In this document: piece after piece, positions 33,276 to 43,122 of the stretch
Numbering within the stretch: position 1 is the first letter of the stretch
How the letters are laid out: the number at the start of each line of letters is the position of its first letter
Assembly: GCA_035532495.1 (NCBI GenBank)
Contig: DATKQX010000052.1
Span: 9,143-73,142 of the forward strand
From: Candidatus Saccharimonadales bacterium
GTDB lineage: Bacteria; Chloroflexota; Dormibacteria; Aeolococcales; Aeolococcaceae
DNA: 64,000 bases
Direction: 5' to 3'
The notes under the pieces: model-generated
Databases searched by the model: none
What the model was told of the DNA's origin: nothing
Seen by the model: the letters and a program-made list of their open reading frames with translations, nothing else
Position numbers and translations under genes: made by a program

Positions 33276-34445
33276 CGTTCCGCCGCCCGGGACGTCTTCG
33301 ATCTCCCACCGCGCGTGGGTTGCTCCGACGATCGCGTTCGCGATCGCGAGACCGAGTCCGGCGCCGTCACCTTCATTCGTTCCGCGGTGAAACCGGTCGA
33401 AAATCCGGTCGCGGCGCTCTTTCGGGAAACCCGGACCAGTGTCCGTGACCAGGAGGCGCACGCGCTGCCGGTCACGCGCAACACCGACGCTGACCCGACC
33501 GCCCCGCGGCGTATACCGACACGCGTTGTCGAGCAGGACCCCGATGAGGCGATCGATGTACTCCGCCGGAGCGTCCACGAGCGCCGGGTCGGTGGGGTCC
33601 GCGACGTTGTCCAGGCGGATCCCCTGCCGGTCCGCAATCGCAACAAATCGACTGACGCTCACATCGACCGCTGTTGCGAGATCAACAGGCTCCGCAACAG
33701 GGTCGGGCGGCATCGAGTCGAATCGCGAGAGCCAGAGAAGGTCCTCGACGATCGTGCGCATGCGTCGCGTTTCCGCAGCGACACGATCGATCGTCTCGGC
33801 GCCTTTATCGCCCGAGCCAAGATGTGCAAGCGCGAGTGATGTCTCGGCCTCGATGACGGCAAGCGGCGTGCGCAGCTCGTGCGATGCGTCAGCGGTGAAC
33901 TCGAGCTGCCTGCGCCGAACGCGCTCGATTGGTCCGGCCGCCTGCCTCCCGACGACGAAAGCGCCGGCGAAGACGAGCACCAGGAGAATTGGGCCGATCA
34001 CCGCCTCGGTGACGAGGAGCGTGGTGAACGACGTCGACTCGGCCGAAAGGCTGATGGCACCGATCAGCCTTCCACCTTGAAAGGAGGCTCCCGCGATCAG
34101 CACGTCGCTGCCCGCAAGCGAGGTCTCGGCGGGCGCCGCTGCCGCCTTGGCACGCTCCGACAGCGCGGGAGCGCCGGGTGTCGACTGGACGACGTTCCCT
34201 GCATCGTCGAGCCGCCAGACGAGGAGTGGATCATCGAGGTCGGGCTCCAGGAGCGCGCGATCGCCGGACCCGGGGATGAGCTGATGCAACTCGGCCGTAA
34301 GGCGCCTCTCTGCGGACGCGCGCACTGTATGCGCCACGACGACGTCAACCGCGATGCAGAGCACCAGGATCAGTCCAGCGACGACGGCTGTCGCGAACAA
34401 CGCGGTACGCAGAGCATTCCGGGCGATACCGGAGCTCGCGCTCAC
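33168..34445 (-). CDS. sensor histidine kinase (2 TM, HAMP, HisKA, HATPase_c)
   Basis: GTG 34445 overlaps the response-regulator stop (GTGA). H-box ADASHELRTPLAVIE, G-boxes DTGPGFP and GAGLGLAIA. Confidence 0.85.
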   Translation of the reverse strand: MSASSGIARNALRTALFATAVVAGLILVLCIAVDVVVAHTVRASAERRLTAELHQLIPGSGDRALLEPDLDDPLLVWRLDDAGNVVQSTPGAPALSERAKAAAAPAETSLAGSDVLIAGASFQGGRLIGAISLSAESTSFTTLLVTEAVIGPILLVLVFAGAFVVGRQAAGPIERVRRRQLEFTADASHELRTPLAVIEAETSLALAHLGSGDKGAETIDRVAAETRRMRTIVEDLLWLSRFDSMPPDPVAEPVDLATAVDVSVSRFVAIADRQGIRLDNVADPTDPALVDAPAEYIDRLIGVLLDNACRYTPRGGRVSVGVARDRQRVRLLVTDTGPGFPKERRDRIFDRFHRGTNEGDGAGLGLAIANAIVGATHARWEIEDVPGGGTSVGVVWHGSRTRVTDRDDAQRATRARADGSPSEVD

Positions 34446-35110
34446 CGCTCCACGAGCCGGTATCCGACGCGGCGGACGGCCTCGATGCGGACTCCGGCGT
34501 CGACGATCTTGGCCCGCGCCCGTGCGATATGGACATCGATGTTGTTCGAACCGATGGCGTCGAGTGAGTCGGGCCACGCGTGATTGGCGATGGCATCGCG
34601 GCGAACCACCGCCGGGCTGCGCCGCGCGAGGAGCTCGACGATCGCGTACTCGGTCGGCGTCAGAGCAATGGACCTGCCGTTCACCGACGCCGAGACTGCG
34701 GCGGGATCGATGATCAGCGCACCGATGCGCAACTGCACGCCGAGCGCCGCGACCGGTCGCCGTAGCAGCGCACGCAGGCGTGCGAGCAACTCGTCGAAAT
34801 CGAAGGGTTTGACGAGATAGTCGTCGCACCCTGCATCGAGACCTCGTATCCGGTCTGGCGGCGTGTCGCGCGCAGTCAGCATCAGCACGGGCACGGAGAG
34901 ACCACGTGCACGCAGCGACGCGACGACTTCGATCCCATCACCTCCCGGCATCCGCCAGTCGATGACGGCGATGTCATATGCCTCGCGAGTGAGGGACGCA
35001 TACGCGTCGTCGCCACGTGACACGGCGTCCACTGCGTACCCCGCCTGATTCAGTCCCCGCATGAGCACGTCGCGGAGCTGGGCGTCATCCTCGGCGACGA
35101 GCAGGCGCAT
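34442..35110 (-). CDS. OmpR/PhoB-family response regulator
   Basis: Receiver domain (MRLLVAEDD...DIAVIDWRMPGGDG...KPF) plus a winged-helix output domain. Confidence 0.9.
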   Translation of the reverse strand: MRLLVAEDDAQLRDVLMRGLNQAGYAVDAVSRGDDAYASLTREAYDIAVIDWRMPGGDGIEVVASLRARGLSVPVLMLTARDTPPDRIRGLDAGCDDYLVKPFDFDELLARLRALLRRPVAALGVQLRIGALIIDPAAVSASVNGRSIALTPTEYAIVELLARRSPAVVRRDAIANHAWPDSLDAIGSNNIDVHIARARAKIVDAGVRIEAVRRVGYRLVER

Positions 35111-35241
35111 GGATGGACTTCACCGCGGCAGGACCCGAAGTACCCATGCCACGCAGCGTACTCTCACCGATGGACCTTCACCGTTCCGCAAGGAACCCGG
35201 AGATACGCTGCGGTGATGGCATACGTCCGTGAGCACGCATC

Positions 35242-35754
35242 GTGACGACGAATATCGCACTTGTCGATCGTGCGCTCGCGCTTGCACGCGTGGATTGGTC
35301 GCCATCGCCGCGCCAGCCCCGGCCCGAGTGGGTCGTCGTGGCAACCGTGCTGGCGATCGCCGGCTCGCTGCTGGCGGATGCTCTCCTCGTGAAGGTCGGG
35401 GTAGCGATATTCCAGTCGACAAATGGATATCCACATTTTCTTTTCGGTGAGTACGCGAAGCTCACCGTCATCGGCGTCGTGGTTGGGTGCGCCGGCTGGC
35501 CGATCGTCACAAGAATCAGTTCCGCGCCACGCTGGCTCTTCAGCCGCCTCGCGGTGCTCATCTCGCTTGTCCTGTTGCTCCCCGATGTCTGGTTGCTGCT
35601 GAGGCATCAGCCGCCGCTTGCAGTGCTCGTGTTGATGAGCATGCACGTCGCTGTCGCCCTCATCACCTACCACGTTGTCGTCCGGGTCGCTCCGGCTCGG
35701 GACCCCCGCAGGCCCCACCGGGCCGCGTTTGCGCGTCTCGACGAGGAAATGTAG
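35242..35754 (+). CDS. hypothetical 4-TM membrane protein
   Basis: ORF 35242..35754 (GTG start). Four hydrophobic segments. Family not confidently recognised (possibly DUF6069-like). Confidence 0.55.
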   Translation: MTTNIALVDRALALARVDWSPSPRQPRPEWVVVATVLAIAGSLLADALLVKVGVAIFQSTNGYPHFLFGEYAKLTVIGVVVGCAGWPIVTRISSAPRWLFSRLAVLISLVLLLPDVWLLLRHQPPLAVLVLMSMHVAVALITYHVVVRVAPARDPRRPHRAAFARLDEEM

Positions 35755-35798
35755 CCCACGTCCGTCAGGCGCGCGCGCCTCGGGTAGAGTCGAACGCG

Positions 35799-36422
35799 AT
35801 GCACGCCGCCGCGATCGGATTCGGGCTCGGTTTCTTCGTGGCCCTGCAACTCGGCCCGATGTCGCTCTTTCTCATTCGCTCGACGCTGCGCAGCGGATGG
35901 AGGGTGGGCCTCGCGATCGGCGCGGGCATCGCCTGCATCGACGGGCTGTACGCCGCCGCAGGCGCGGGTGGCGCCACGCCCCTCCTCAACATCCAGCCAG
36001 TGCGTCTGACGCTCGGACTCATCGGCGCCGCGGTCCTGATCTGGCTCGGCGCGTGCACGCTGTACAGTGCCGTCCGCGTGCGCGTCGGCGGTGAGACGCC
36101 GTTCGAGACGTCTACACCGAGGCGAGCATTTCTCACTGCGCTTGGTGGCACCGCGTCGAACCCCTCCACCATCGTTTCCTGGGGAGCCATGTTCGCCGCC
36201 GCCAGCACCGCCGGACTCGTGCACACCACGAGTGCCGCGGTCGTGCTCGTCGCCGGCGTCGCGATCGGCAGTCTGACGTGGGTGACGATGCTGGCCACCG
36301 GCGTCGCGCTCGCGCGACGCTCGATGAGCGTGCGCGCGGTCCGCGTCACCGACGGAGTCGCGGGTGCCGCGCTCGTCGGGTTCGGCGGCGTGCTCGCGTA
36401 CACCACGATCCACGAGCACTGA
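35799..36422 (+). CDS. LysE/RhtB-family amino-acid exporter
   Basis: ATG 35799 within ORF 35487... Size, TM pattern and the ASNPSTIVSW motif are typical of LysE-type translocators. Confidence 0.75.
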   Translation: MHAAAIGFGLGFFVALQLGPMSLFLIRSTLRSGWRVGLAIGAGIACIDGLYAAAGAGGATPLLNIQPVRLTLGLIGAAVLIWLGACTLYSAVRVRVGGETPFETSTPRRAFLTALGGTASNPSTIVSWGAMFAAASTAGLVHTTSAAVVLVAGVAIGSLTWVTMLATGVALARRSMSVRAVRVTDGVAGAALVGFGGVLAYTTIHEH

Positions 36423-36441
36423 CGGCTGCAGCCACACGGCG

Positions 36442-37659
36442 CTACGCGCCGGAGCCGGTCCACTCCTCACGGTGCTGCGGCTGCGCCGCGAAGGCATCGC
36501 GAACACGCTTGCGGAGATCGGCGTCGAGGATCACGTCGGCGCCGACGCGCGCAAGCACCTCTGCGGCCTGCAGCATCGCCTGCTCTGCACGCGGGGTGAT
36601 CGCGGCCTCACGAAATGCGTGCGTGTGCGGTCCGATGCCCTCGTCGGCGATCGCGAACTCCGGATGCAGGGTGGGAGCCGCGTAGGAAACGTCGCCCACG
36701 TCGGTGGACCCCGTTCGGGCCCACGGCACCACGACATCCTCCCTGAGGCCCACATCGGCCAGGTGCACGCTGGTTCGTTCGGCCAGGACGGCGTTGGAGC
36801 GTAGATCGAGGTACGTCTCCTTCTCGTCGAGCTGCAGCTCACACCCCGTTGCGCTGGCAGCCGCTTCGAAGATCGCGCGAAAGCGAACGTTCATGCCGCG
36901 CAAGTACTCACCGTCGCGAGCCCGTGTCAGGAATTCGCCGCGGGTCAGCTCCGGAATGATGTTCGGCGCTGTACCGCCCTCGATGATGAAACCGTGCACA
37001 CGTGCGTCGTCGCGCAGTTGCTGGCGCCACAGCGCGATGCCGTTGTACGCGTGCACGAATGCGTCCAGCGCGTTGATGCCGTGGTCGGGATTGCCGGCTG
37101 CGTGCGCGGCCTTGCCGCGAAAGGTCCACTCCCAGTGCGTGCATGCCAGGGCGTACTGCATCGCGGCGGTGCGATCCGATGGATGGAAGATGAGGACCGC
37201 ATCGCAGTCGTCGAACAGGCCGTCTGCGCAGAGCGGGATCTTGCCGCCGCCACCCTCCTCCGCCGGAGTTCCGACGATGGTCACACGCGCTTCAACGCCG
37301 CGGCCCTCCAGCGACTTCGCAAGGGCGATGCCCGCTCCGGCCGACGAGGTGGCGATGAGATTGTGCCCGCAGGCGTGGCCCAGGCCCCGCAGTGCGTCGT
37401 ACTCACAGAGGAACGCCACGTGCGGTCCCGTGCGCCCCCGTCTGGCGACGAAAGCTGTCGGCATGCCCGAGACGCCACGCTCCACCTGAAACCCATGCTG
37501 CTCGATCACGCCGCTGAGCAGACGCGACGACTCGACTTCCTCGAAGCCGATCTCGGCCAGCGCGTGGATGGCCCGCGACGTCGTGAGGAGGTCATCGGAG
37601 CAGCCGCCGGCAGCGTCGTGGATCGCGGGGTAGGTATCGACGGATGCAGTCGTGGTCAT
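36442..37659 (-). CDS. M20-family amidohydrolase (M20D/aminobenzoyl-glutamate hydrolase-like)
   Basis: ATG 37659 follows GAGGAG. Metal-site region EYDALRGLGHACGHNLIATS, later GTPAEEGGGGK. Confidence 0.8.
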   Translation of the reverse strand: MTTTASVDTYPAIHDAAGGCSDDLLTTSRAIHALAEIGFEEVESSRLLSGVIEQHGFQVERGVSGMPTAFVARRGRTGPHVAFLCEYDALRGLGHACGHNLIATSSAGAGIALAKSLEGRGVEARVTIVGTPAEEGGGGKIPLCADGLFDDCDAVLIFHPSDRTAAMQYALACTHWEWTFRGKAAHAAGNPDHGINALDAFVHAYNGIALWRQQLRDDARVHGFIIEGGTAPNIIPELTRGEFLTRARDGEYLRGMNVRFRAIFEAAASATGCELQLDEKETYLDLRSNAVLAERTSVHLADVGLREDVVVPWARTGSTDVGDVSYAAPTLHPEFAIADEGIGPHTHAFREAAITPRAEQAMLQAAEVLARVGADVILDADLRKRVRDAFAAQPQHREEWTGSGA

Positions 37660-37768
37660 GCGCCGCTCCTCGTGTGGTCGCTTCAGGCTCCCATGATCGC
37701 GCCAACGGCACGGGTCAGGCGCACGCGATGGCCGCTCACGGCCTCGCGACCGGGCTATCCTGCCGGGC

Positions 37769-40114
37769 GTGGATCCCGAGCTGTACGCGACCGCCGAGGC
37801 ATCGTTTGCCGACTGGGAAGTCGTGAAGGATGTCGTCGACGAGTTCATCGACCTCGCCCTCAACTATCGGCAGAGTGGCCATCCCGGCGGGTCGCGCTCG
37901 AAGGTGCATCTCCTGCTGGCGACGATGCTCTCCGGCGCGATGCGCTGGGACATCCGCCGGCCGTGGCTCCCGTTCGCCGACCGATTTGTCCTCTCGGCCG
38001 GACACACCGCGCCCGTCGTCTACGCGGCGCTCGCCGCACTGAATGAGGTGCTTCGGGTTCGCGCCGCCCGTGACACCGATCCCGCATTCAACTTTCCTGA
38101 CAACGGCAGATGGGCCCTGACATTCGAGGACCTGCTCATGCTCCGCCGCCGCGGAGGTCTCGCCGGCCACCCGGAGATGGCCGGGAAGACGCTCTTCTTC
38201 AAGTTCAACACCGGGCCGTCGGGGCACGGCATGCCGCCGTCCGCGGGCGAAGCGCTCGCTCTCAAGCTGGCCGGCGCCGGCGAGGTCCGCGTCTTCGTCG
38301 TCGAGGGTGAGGGCGGGCTCACCGCGGGCGCGAGTCACGAGACGCGCAACGCGGCGTGGGGACTCGGCCTCTCGAATCTCGTCTTTCTCGTTGACTGGAA
38401 CGATTACGGCATCGATGATTTCCCCGCGTCGTCGGTCGTGCCGGGGACGCCTTCGACGTGGTTCGGCGCTTACGACTGGCGCGTCACCGGCACGATGGAC
38501 GGCAGCGAGTGGGCGCCGGTGACGAGGGCCGTGCTCGAGGCAGCGCGCGGCGAGAATCGCGACCGCGTCCCATCCGTCGCGTGGTTCCGCACGCGAAAGG
38601 GCCGCGGCTACCTCAAGTACGACAGCAAGAGCCACGGCTCACCGCATGCAATGAACAGCGCCCCATTCTGGGAGTTGCGCCGGCAGTTCATGACAAAGTA
38701 CGGCATGAACTACGTCGGGGTCGACGAGCCGGCGCCGGCGGACTCCGCCGCCGTGCGCGAGCAGGCCGCGGAGAACCTCCGCCGCGCGGCAGCGGTGCTC
38801 GCCGATCACCCCGCGGTCGTCGACGCGGTGTCCGATCGGCTGATCAGCCTTGCGGCACAGGTTCCCGATGAGATCGGCGGCGTGACCATCGGCGGTCGCG
38901 GTGCTGACGTGTTCAGCAACCCACGGCTCACCGACTTTCGCAACTACCCGCCGGAGCTGTTTCGCAAGCCGGGCGAGAAGCAACCGAACCGAGCCGCATT
39001 CGGCGCCTGGGCGTCGTGGGTGAACGCGACAGCCCAGCGCGACTACGGTCGCCCGTTGTTCATCGCGGCGTCCGCAGACCTCGCTGACTCCACGGCCCTT
39101 GCCGGCTTCGCGCGGGACTTCGGCGACCTCCCAGGCACCGGTTGGTATCAGCGCGACACGAACCCGCGCGGAGCCCTGCTCCCAACCGAGATCACGGAGT
39201 TCACGAACGCCGGGATGATCGTGGGGCTCGCGACCGTGAACCTGGCGCGCGATCCGTTCAACGACTTCAACGGTTTCTGGGGCGCCTGCTCGACATACGG
39301 GTCGTTCAGCTACCTCAAGTACGGCGAGATGCGTCTCTTCAGCCAGCTCGCACAGGACTGCGAGCTCAAGGTGGGCAAGGTGCTCTGGGTGGCTGGCCAT
39401 TCGGGTCCCGAGACCGCAGAGGATTCGCGCACGCATTTCGGCATCTACGAGCCGGGTGTCACCCAGCTCTTCCCCGAAGGCAAGGTGATCGACCTCCATC
39501 CGTGGGAGTTCAACGAGGTGCCCGTCGTGCTCGCGGCTGCGCTCGCAACCGACGTGCCGATCGTCGCGCTGCACCTGACGCGGCCCGCGATCGACCTCCC
39601 CGACCGTGAAGCCCTCGGCATGCCGAGCCACTTCGAGGCCGCTCGCGGCGCCTATGTCCTCCGCCAGTTCCGCAGCGGCAGCCCTCCGATGGGAACGGTG
39701 GTCGTCCAGGGCACGACATCGACGGCGAATCTCGTGAAGGCGCTCCCGGAGCTCGATGCTCGGCGTCTCAACGTGAAGATCGTTGCCGCGATCAGCCCGC
39801 AACTCTTCCGCATGCAGCGTGCCGCCTACCGCGACGATGTCATCGGGCCTGCTGACCGGCTCGACTCGATGGCGATCACGAACCGCACCTTCAAGCTGAT
39901 GCGCGACTGGGTCGACGGCCCCCTCGGCGCCGAGTACTCGATGGCCGCCGACTGGGACAACCGCTGGCGTACCGGCGGTTCAGTCGACGAGGTCATGGAC
40001 GAGGCGCATCTGACGACGCCGTACATCGTCGAAGGCATCGAGCGGTTCGTCCGCGACCGAGAGAGCCGGCTGCGACGCCTCCGCGAGTTGGTGTCGGCCG
40101 CCGACCGTCGCTAG
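37769..40114 (+). CDS. transketolase-family thiamine-diphosphate enzyme (long, divergent)
   Basis: SGHPGGSRS...DRFVLSAGHTAPVVYA, GPSGHG, and VEGEGGLTAGASHE...LVDWNDYGID (ThDP/Mg motif), plus Pyr and C-terminal domains. 781 aa. Confidence 0.7.
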   Translation: MDPELYATAEASFADWEVVKDVVDEFIDLALNYRQSGHPGGSRSKVHLLLATMLSGAMRWDIRRPWLPFADRFVLSAGHTAPVVYAALAALNEVLRVRAARDTDPAFNFPDNGRWALTFEDLLMLRRRGGLAGHPEMAGKTLFFKFNTGPSGHGMPPSAGEALALKLAGAGEVRVFVVEGEGGLTAGASHETRNAAWGLGLSNLVFLVDWNDYGIDDFPASSVVPGTPSTWFGAYDWRVTGTMDGSEWAPVTRAVLEAARGENRDRVPSVAWFRTRKGRGYLKYDSKSHGSPHAMNSAPFWELRRQFMTKYGMNYVGVDEPAPADSAAVREQAAENLRRAAAVLADHPAVVDAVSDRLISLAAQVPDEIGGVTIGGRGADVFSNPRLTDFRNYPPELFRKPGEKQPNRAAFGAWASWVNATAQRDYGRPLFIAASADLADSTALAGFARDFGDLPGTGWYQRDTNPRGALLPTEITEFTNAGMIVGLATVNLARDPFNDFNGFWGACSTYGSFSYLKYGEMRLFSQLAQDCELKVGKVLWVAGHSGPETAEDSRTHFGIYEPGVTQLFPEGKVIDLHPWEFNEVPVVLAAALATDVPIVALHLTRPAIDLPDREALGMPSHFEAARGAYVLRQFRSGSPPMGTVVVQGTTSTANLVKALPELDARRLNVKIVAAISPQLFRMQRAAYRDDVIGPADRLDSMAITNRTFKLMRDWVDGPLGAEYSMAADWDNRWRTGGSVDEVMDEAHLTTPYIVEGIERFVRDRESRLRRLRELVSAADRR

Positions 40115-41469
40115 ATGTCGGCTCTGCGCAACGTGTGCGGACCGTATTTGATCGCGGTGGCCTTGCCGGCCGTGTTGACGGAGAAGCTCACCTCCTCGCC
40201 GTAGTGGCCGTAGTCGTCACCCTCGACGATGGTGAAGCGGCGCGCGCCGTCCGGACGGAGCCGCGCAGCTGTGGCGAGCGGCGCCGTCTCGGTCGGGTCG
40301 ACGAGGTACAGCGCACGGTTGATGCGCGCCACGATGAACTCCCCGGAGTCGCCCCGATACTGGCCGGTGAAGCGGCCAACACTCGTGCGCGTGTGGCCGT
40401 GCGCGGTTTCCGCCGCACTCTCCCACCGCCTGCTCACCCACGACACCGTGTGGAAGAACACATCGAGCGAAATCGCTGCCGTGGGTGCGGCGATGTTGGT
40501 GAGCACAGCTGCCGCGATGCGCAGGTCGGGCGAGAAGCCGATCTTGGTCACGAACCCCGGGTATCCCCCGCTGTGTCCGCGGATGCCGATCCCATCGACG
40601 TGCCAGATCATCCAGCCGAGCCCATGGTTCGGTTCCTCGGTGCGCTGCCATTGCGTGCGCTGCATCTCGCGGCGCGACAGGTCGGAGACCAGCCCGCCGG
40701 CACCGGGGAAATGGGCCTGCTGATAGCGAAGCAGGTCCAGCACCGTCGAGACGAGGCCTCCGGCGGCTGCAAACGCGCGCGCCTCCGCGTGGCGCGTCGG
40801 GCGCAGCGGCTCGCCGTGACGGCGATAGTAGTAGCCGGTGGCGAGCGTCTTGCGCACGCGCGGCAGCAGTGACGGTGCGCTGCCGGCCAACCCGAGCGGC
40901 CGCAGGATATCGCGCTGCAGCAACGCCTCGAACGGGGCGGACGTGACGGCTTCGAGTGCCTCTCCGAGGAGTGCGTATGCGACGTTGGAGTAGCGGAACC
41001 CCGTCGACGGTTCCGCGAATGTCAACCGCTGGCGGACCTCCTGACGCAGCGTGTCACGGTCGGGGAAGTCCTCGTCACCCCAGTGGTTCGAGCCGTCGCG
41101 GATCACGCCGCCGCCATGAATGAGCAGGTGCCGGATATCGATGTCTTTCGCGTGCGGCAGCTTGCGCGTCCACTCGAGGTAGGTGGTGATCGGCTCGTCG
41201 AGCCGGAGGCGACCCGCCTCGACCTGCTGCATGACCAGCGTCGCGGTCATCGTCTTCGTGATGGATGCGCATCGATAGCTTGTCTCGGCCGCAGTGGCGC
41301 GGCGGTTCCCTGCAACGTCCGAGCAGCCGAGTGCATCCGCGAGGAGGACTCGGTTGTTGTGGCTGAACCCGAACGAGATGCCCGGAACTTCGTCGGCGAT
41401 CGCGCGCGATCGGATCCAGCGCCTCGAGATCTCAGCGGCGTCGGCCAGCTGAGTCGTGGTGATGGTCAT
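40111..41469 (-). CDS. serine hydrolase, beta-lactamase/PBP4* (class C-like) family
   Basis: SxxK motif CASITKTMTA, later YSNVAY (YxN). Confidence 0.8.
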   Translation of the reverse strand: MTITTTQLADAAEISRRWIRSRAIADEVPGISFGFSHNNRVLLADALGCSDVAGNRRATAAETSYRCASITKTMTATLVMQQVEAGRLRLDEPITTYLEWTRKLPHAKDIDIRHLLIHGGGVIRDGSNHWGDEDFPDRDTLRQEVRQRLTFAEPSTGFRYSNVAYALLGEALEAVTSAPFEALLQRDILRPLGLAGSAPSLLPRVRKTLATGYYYRRHGEPLRPTRHAEARAFAAAGGLVSTVLDLLRYQQAHFPGAGGLVSDLSRREMQRTQWQRTEEPNHGLGWMIWHVDGIGIRGHSGGYPGFVTKIGFSPDLRIAAAVLTNIAAPTAAISLDVFFHTVSWVSRRWESAAETAHGHTRTSVGRFTGQYRGDSGEFIVARINRALYLVDPTETAPLATAARLRPDGARRFTIVEGDDYGHYGEEVSFSVNTAGKATAIKYGPHTLRRADI

Positions 41470-41502
41470 CTCGTTGAGCGTATCGGTTCGAAGGCCACAG
41501 CA

Positions 41503-42096
41503 TCACACCGTGAGGTCGGCTCGCTCCACCGCGGCCGTCGCCTCGGGGTCACCGGTGAGCGTCACGTCAGCGGTGGCGCGCCTGCCGCTCAGATACAGCA
41601 CGAGCTCGCTGGCGGTACCGGTCAGCGTTGCCGTCGGTCCCGAACCATAGGTGCGCCGCCGGCCGTCCGGCAGCGCGAGGGCAAGTCCGAACGGCTTGAT
41701 GCGGCGGGCAATGCGCCGAGCCGTGTATCCGGTCATCCGCCAGGACAGCGCCTCCAGGTCATCCGCCTGCGGCCTGGGACCGCCGCCGTTTGCACGCCGT
41801 GCGTCCTCGTGATGGATGAAGTACTCGAGACCGTTGAGGACATTGCGAACGCGCGGGAGACGCCACGGTACGGCCGGTGCGCCTGCCCGCAGCCGGGCGA
41901 TCACCGCCGGGTAGCCTTTGGCTTTCTCGGCGGCTCGCTGCGCATCGGACCAGCGATGGAAGTGCTCGCGGAGCACCAGGTGCGCAGCGAGGTCGGCGGT
42001 CGTCCATCCCTCGCACAGGGTGGGCGCGTCCGGACCGAGTTCGACAAAGAGGTCACAGAGAGCCCGGCGCTCGCGGACGTCGATCGGCTCGGTCAT
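41503..42096 (-). CDS. mycothiol-dependent maleylpyruvate-isomerase-like (DinB-fold, TIGR03085-type) protein
   Basis: N-terminal ERRALCDLFVELGPDAPTLCEGWTTADLAAHLV is characteristic of this actinobacterial family. Confidence 0.7.
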   Translation of the reverse strand: MTEPIDVRERRALCDLFVELGPDAPTLCEGWTTADLAAHLVLREHFHRWSDAQRAAEKAKGYPAVIARLRAGAPAVPWRLPRVRNVLNGLEYFIHHEDARRANGGGPRPQADDLEALSWRMTGYTARRIARRIKPFGLALALPDGRRRTYGSGPTATLTGTASELVLYLSGRRATADVTLTGDPEATAAVERADLTV

Positions 42097-42372
42097 GAGT
42101 CCGCCTCGGGTATGGCTGCGACTCCGTGATGCGGATGGGCCTCCCGCGTCCGATTATCGGCGAGGCGGCCGCCGCCGTGCGTTGCAGGGGTGGTAGGAGG
42201 ATGCGAGTTGACGCGCCTCGTTTCGCGCTCTGTCACTCGCGGGTAACGGCACTTCGCAAACCGTCGCACACTCACTCGGTCGCCCCGCTCGGTGCGTTCC
42301 CATTGACACCAGAGAGGCGTGCACCAGAGGTACGCACCAGATGGGGACCTGGGGGTAACGACCGTGGTGACT

Positions 42373-43116
42373 ATGGATACTCGCGCCGGCGAGACCGGGC
42401 GACGATGGCATCAGGGTGTGCCCGGTGTCGGCAGCCTGCTTCGGCGCGGCAGGCAGGATGCACTCATCGCAACCGTGGCAACCGGCACCACCCAGTGCTC
42501 GATGCGTCGGTGCACGAGCATCACCGCGAAGCCGTGTGCCTATCGGGATCGGCGTGAGCGTTCGTGCCCGACCGCGTTCTGCGCAGCGCACAGCATTTCC
42601 GTCGGCGGGGTCACGTACTGCCGTCGCCACGCCGGCACGGTGCAGGCGATCGGCGAGCTCGCGAAGAACCCGAGCGGCCTCCCCGATCTCTCGGATCGCG
42701 GTCCCGCGCTCATCAACTGGATCGCACGCGACCTCGACAAGGACATCCGCACGCTGCTCGCCCGTACGGTCCGTCGCGGCGAGAGCGTCATCGTCGACGA
42801 CGCCGTCCGCCTCAAACATGACCACCGGCGGCAGGCGCGGTGGGAACGGAGCTGGCGCATCGTTGAGCACACCGGTCCGGTGCTCGCTGTGACGGTGCAC
42901 ATGTCGGAGGACGATGAGTCCCGCGTCCACGTCCGCGTCGGTGCGGAGATGGTCGCCGACAGCGTGCCCCCGTGGATCGCGCGTCGCTCCCAGGGAGTCG
43001 AGGTTGAAGCCGCGATTGACATCTCGCAGCGCCAGCTCTTCTATCAGATGCTCGAGGAGAACATCTCCGCAGCCATCCTCCGATTCCGTGCGCGTGAGGA
43101 CAGCGTGGCCGCGTAG
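42373..43116 (+). CDS. hypothetical protein with Cys/His-rich N-terminal module
   Basis: ORF 42319..43116, ATG 42373 chosen. CSMRRC...C...C-x5-C-x2-H...C-x2-H cluster, followed by a helical domain. Start uncertain. Confidence 0.5.
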   Translation: MDTRAGETGRRWHQGVPGVGSLLRRGRQDALIATVATGTTQCSMRRCTSITAKPCAYRDRRERSCPTAFCAAHSISVGGVTYCRRHAGTVQAIGELAKNPSGLPDLSDRGPALINWIARDLDKDIRTLLARTVRRGESVIVDDAVRLKHDHRRQARWERSWRIVEHTGPVLAVTVHMSEDDESRVHVRVGAEMVADSVPPWIARRSQGVEVEAAIDISQRQLFYQMLEENISAAILRFRAREDSVAA

Positions 43117-43122
43117 GCCCCG

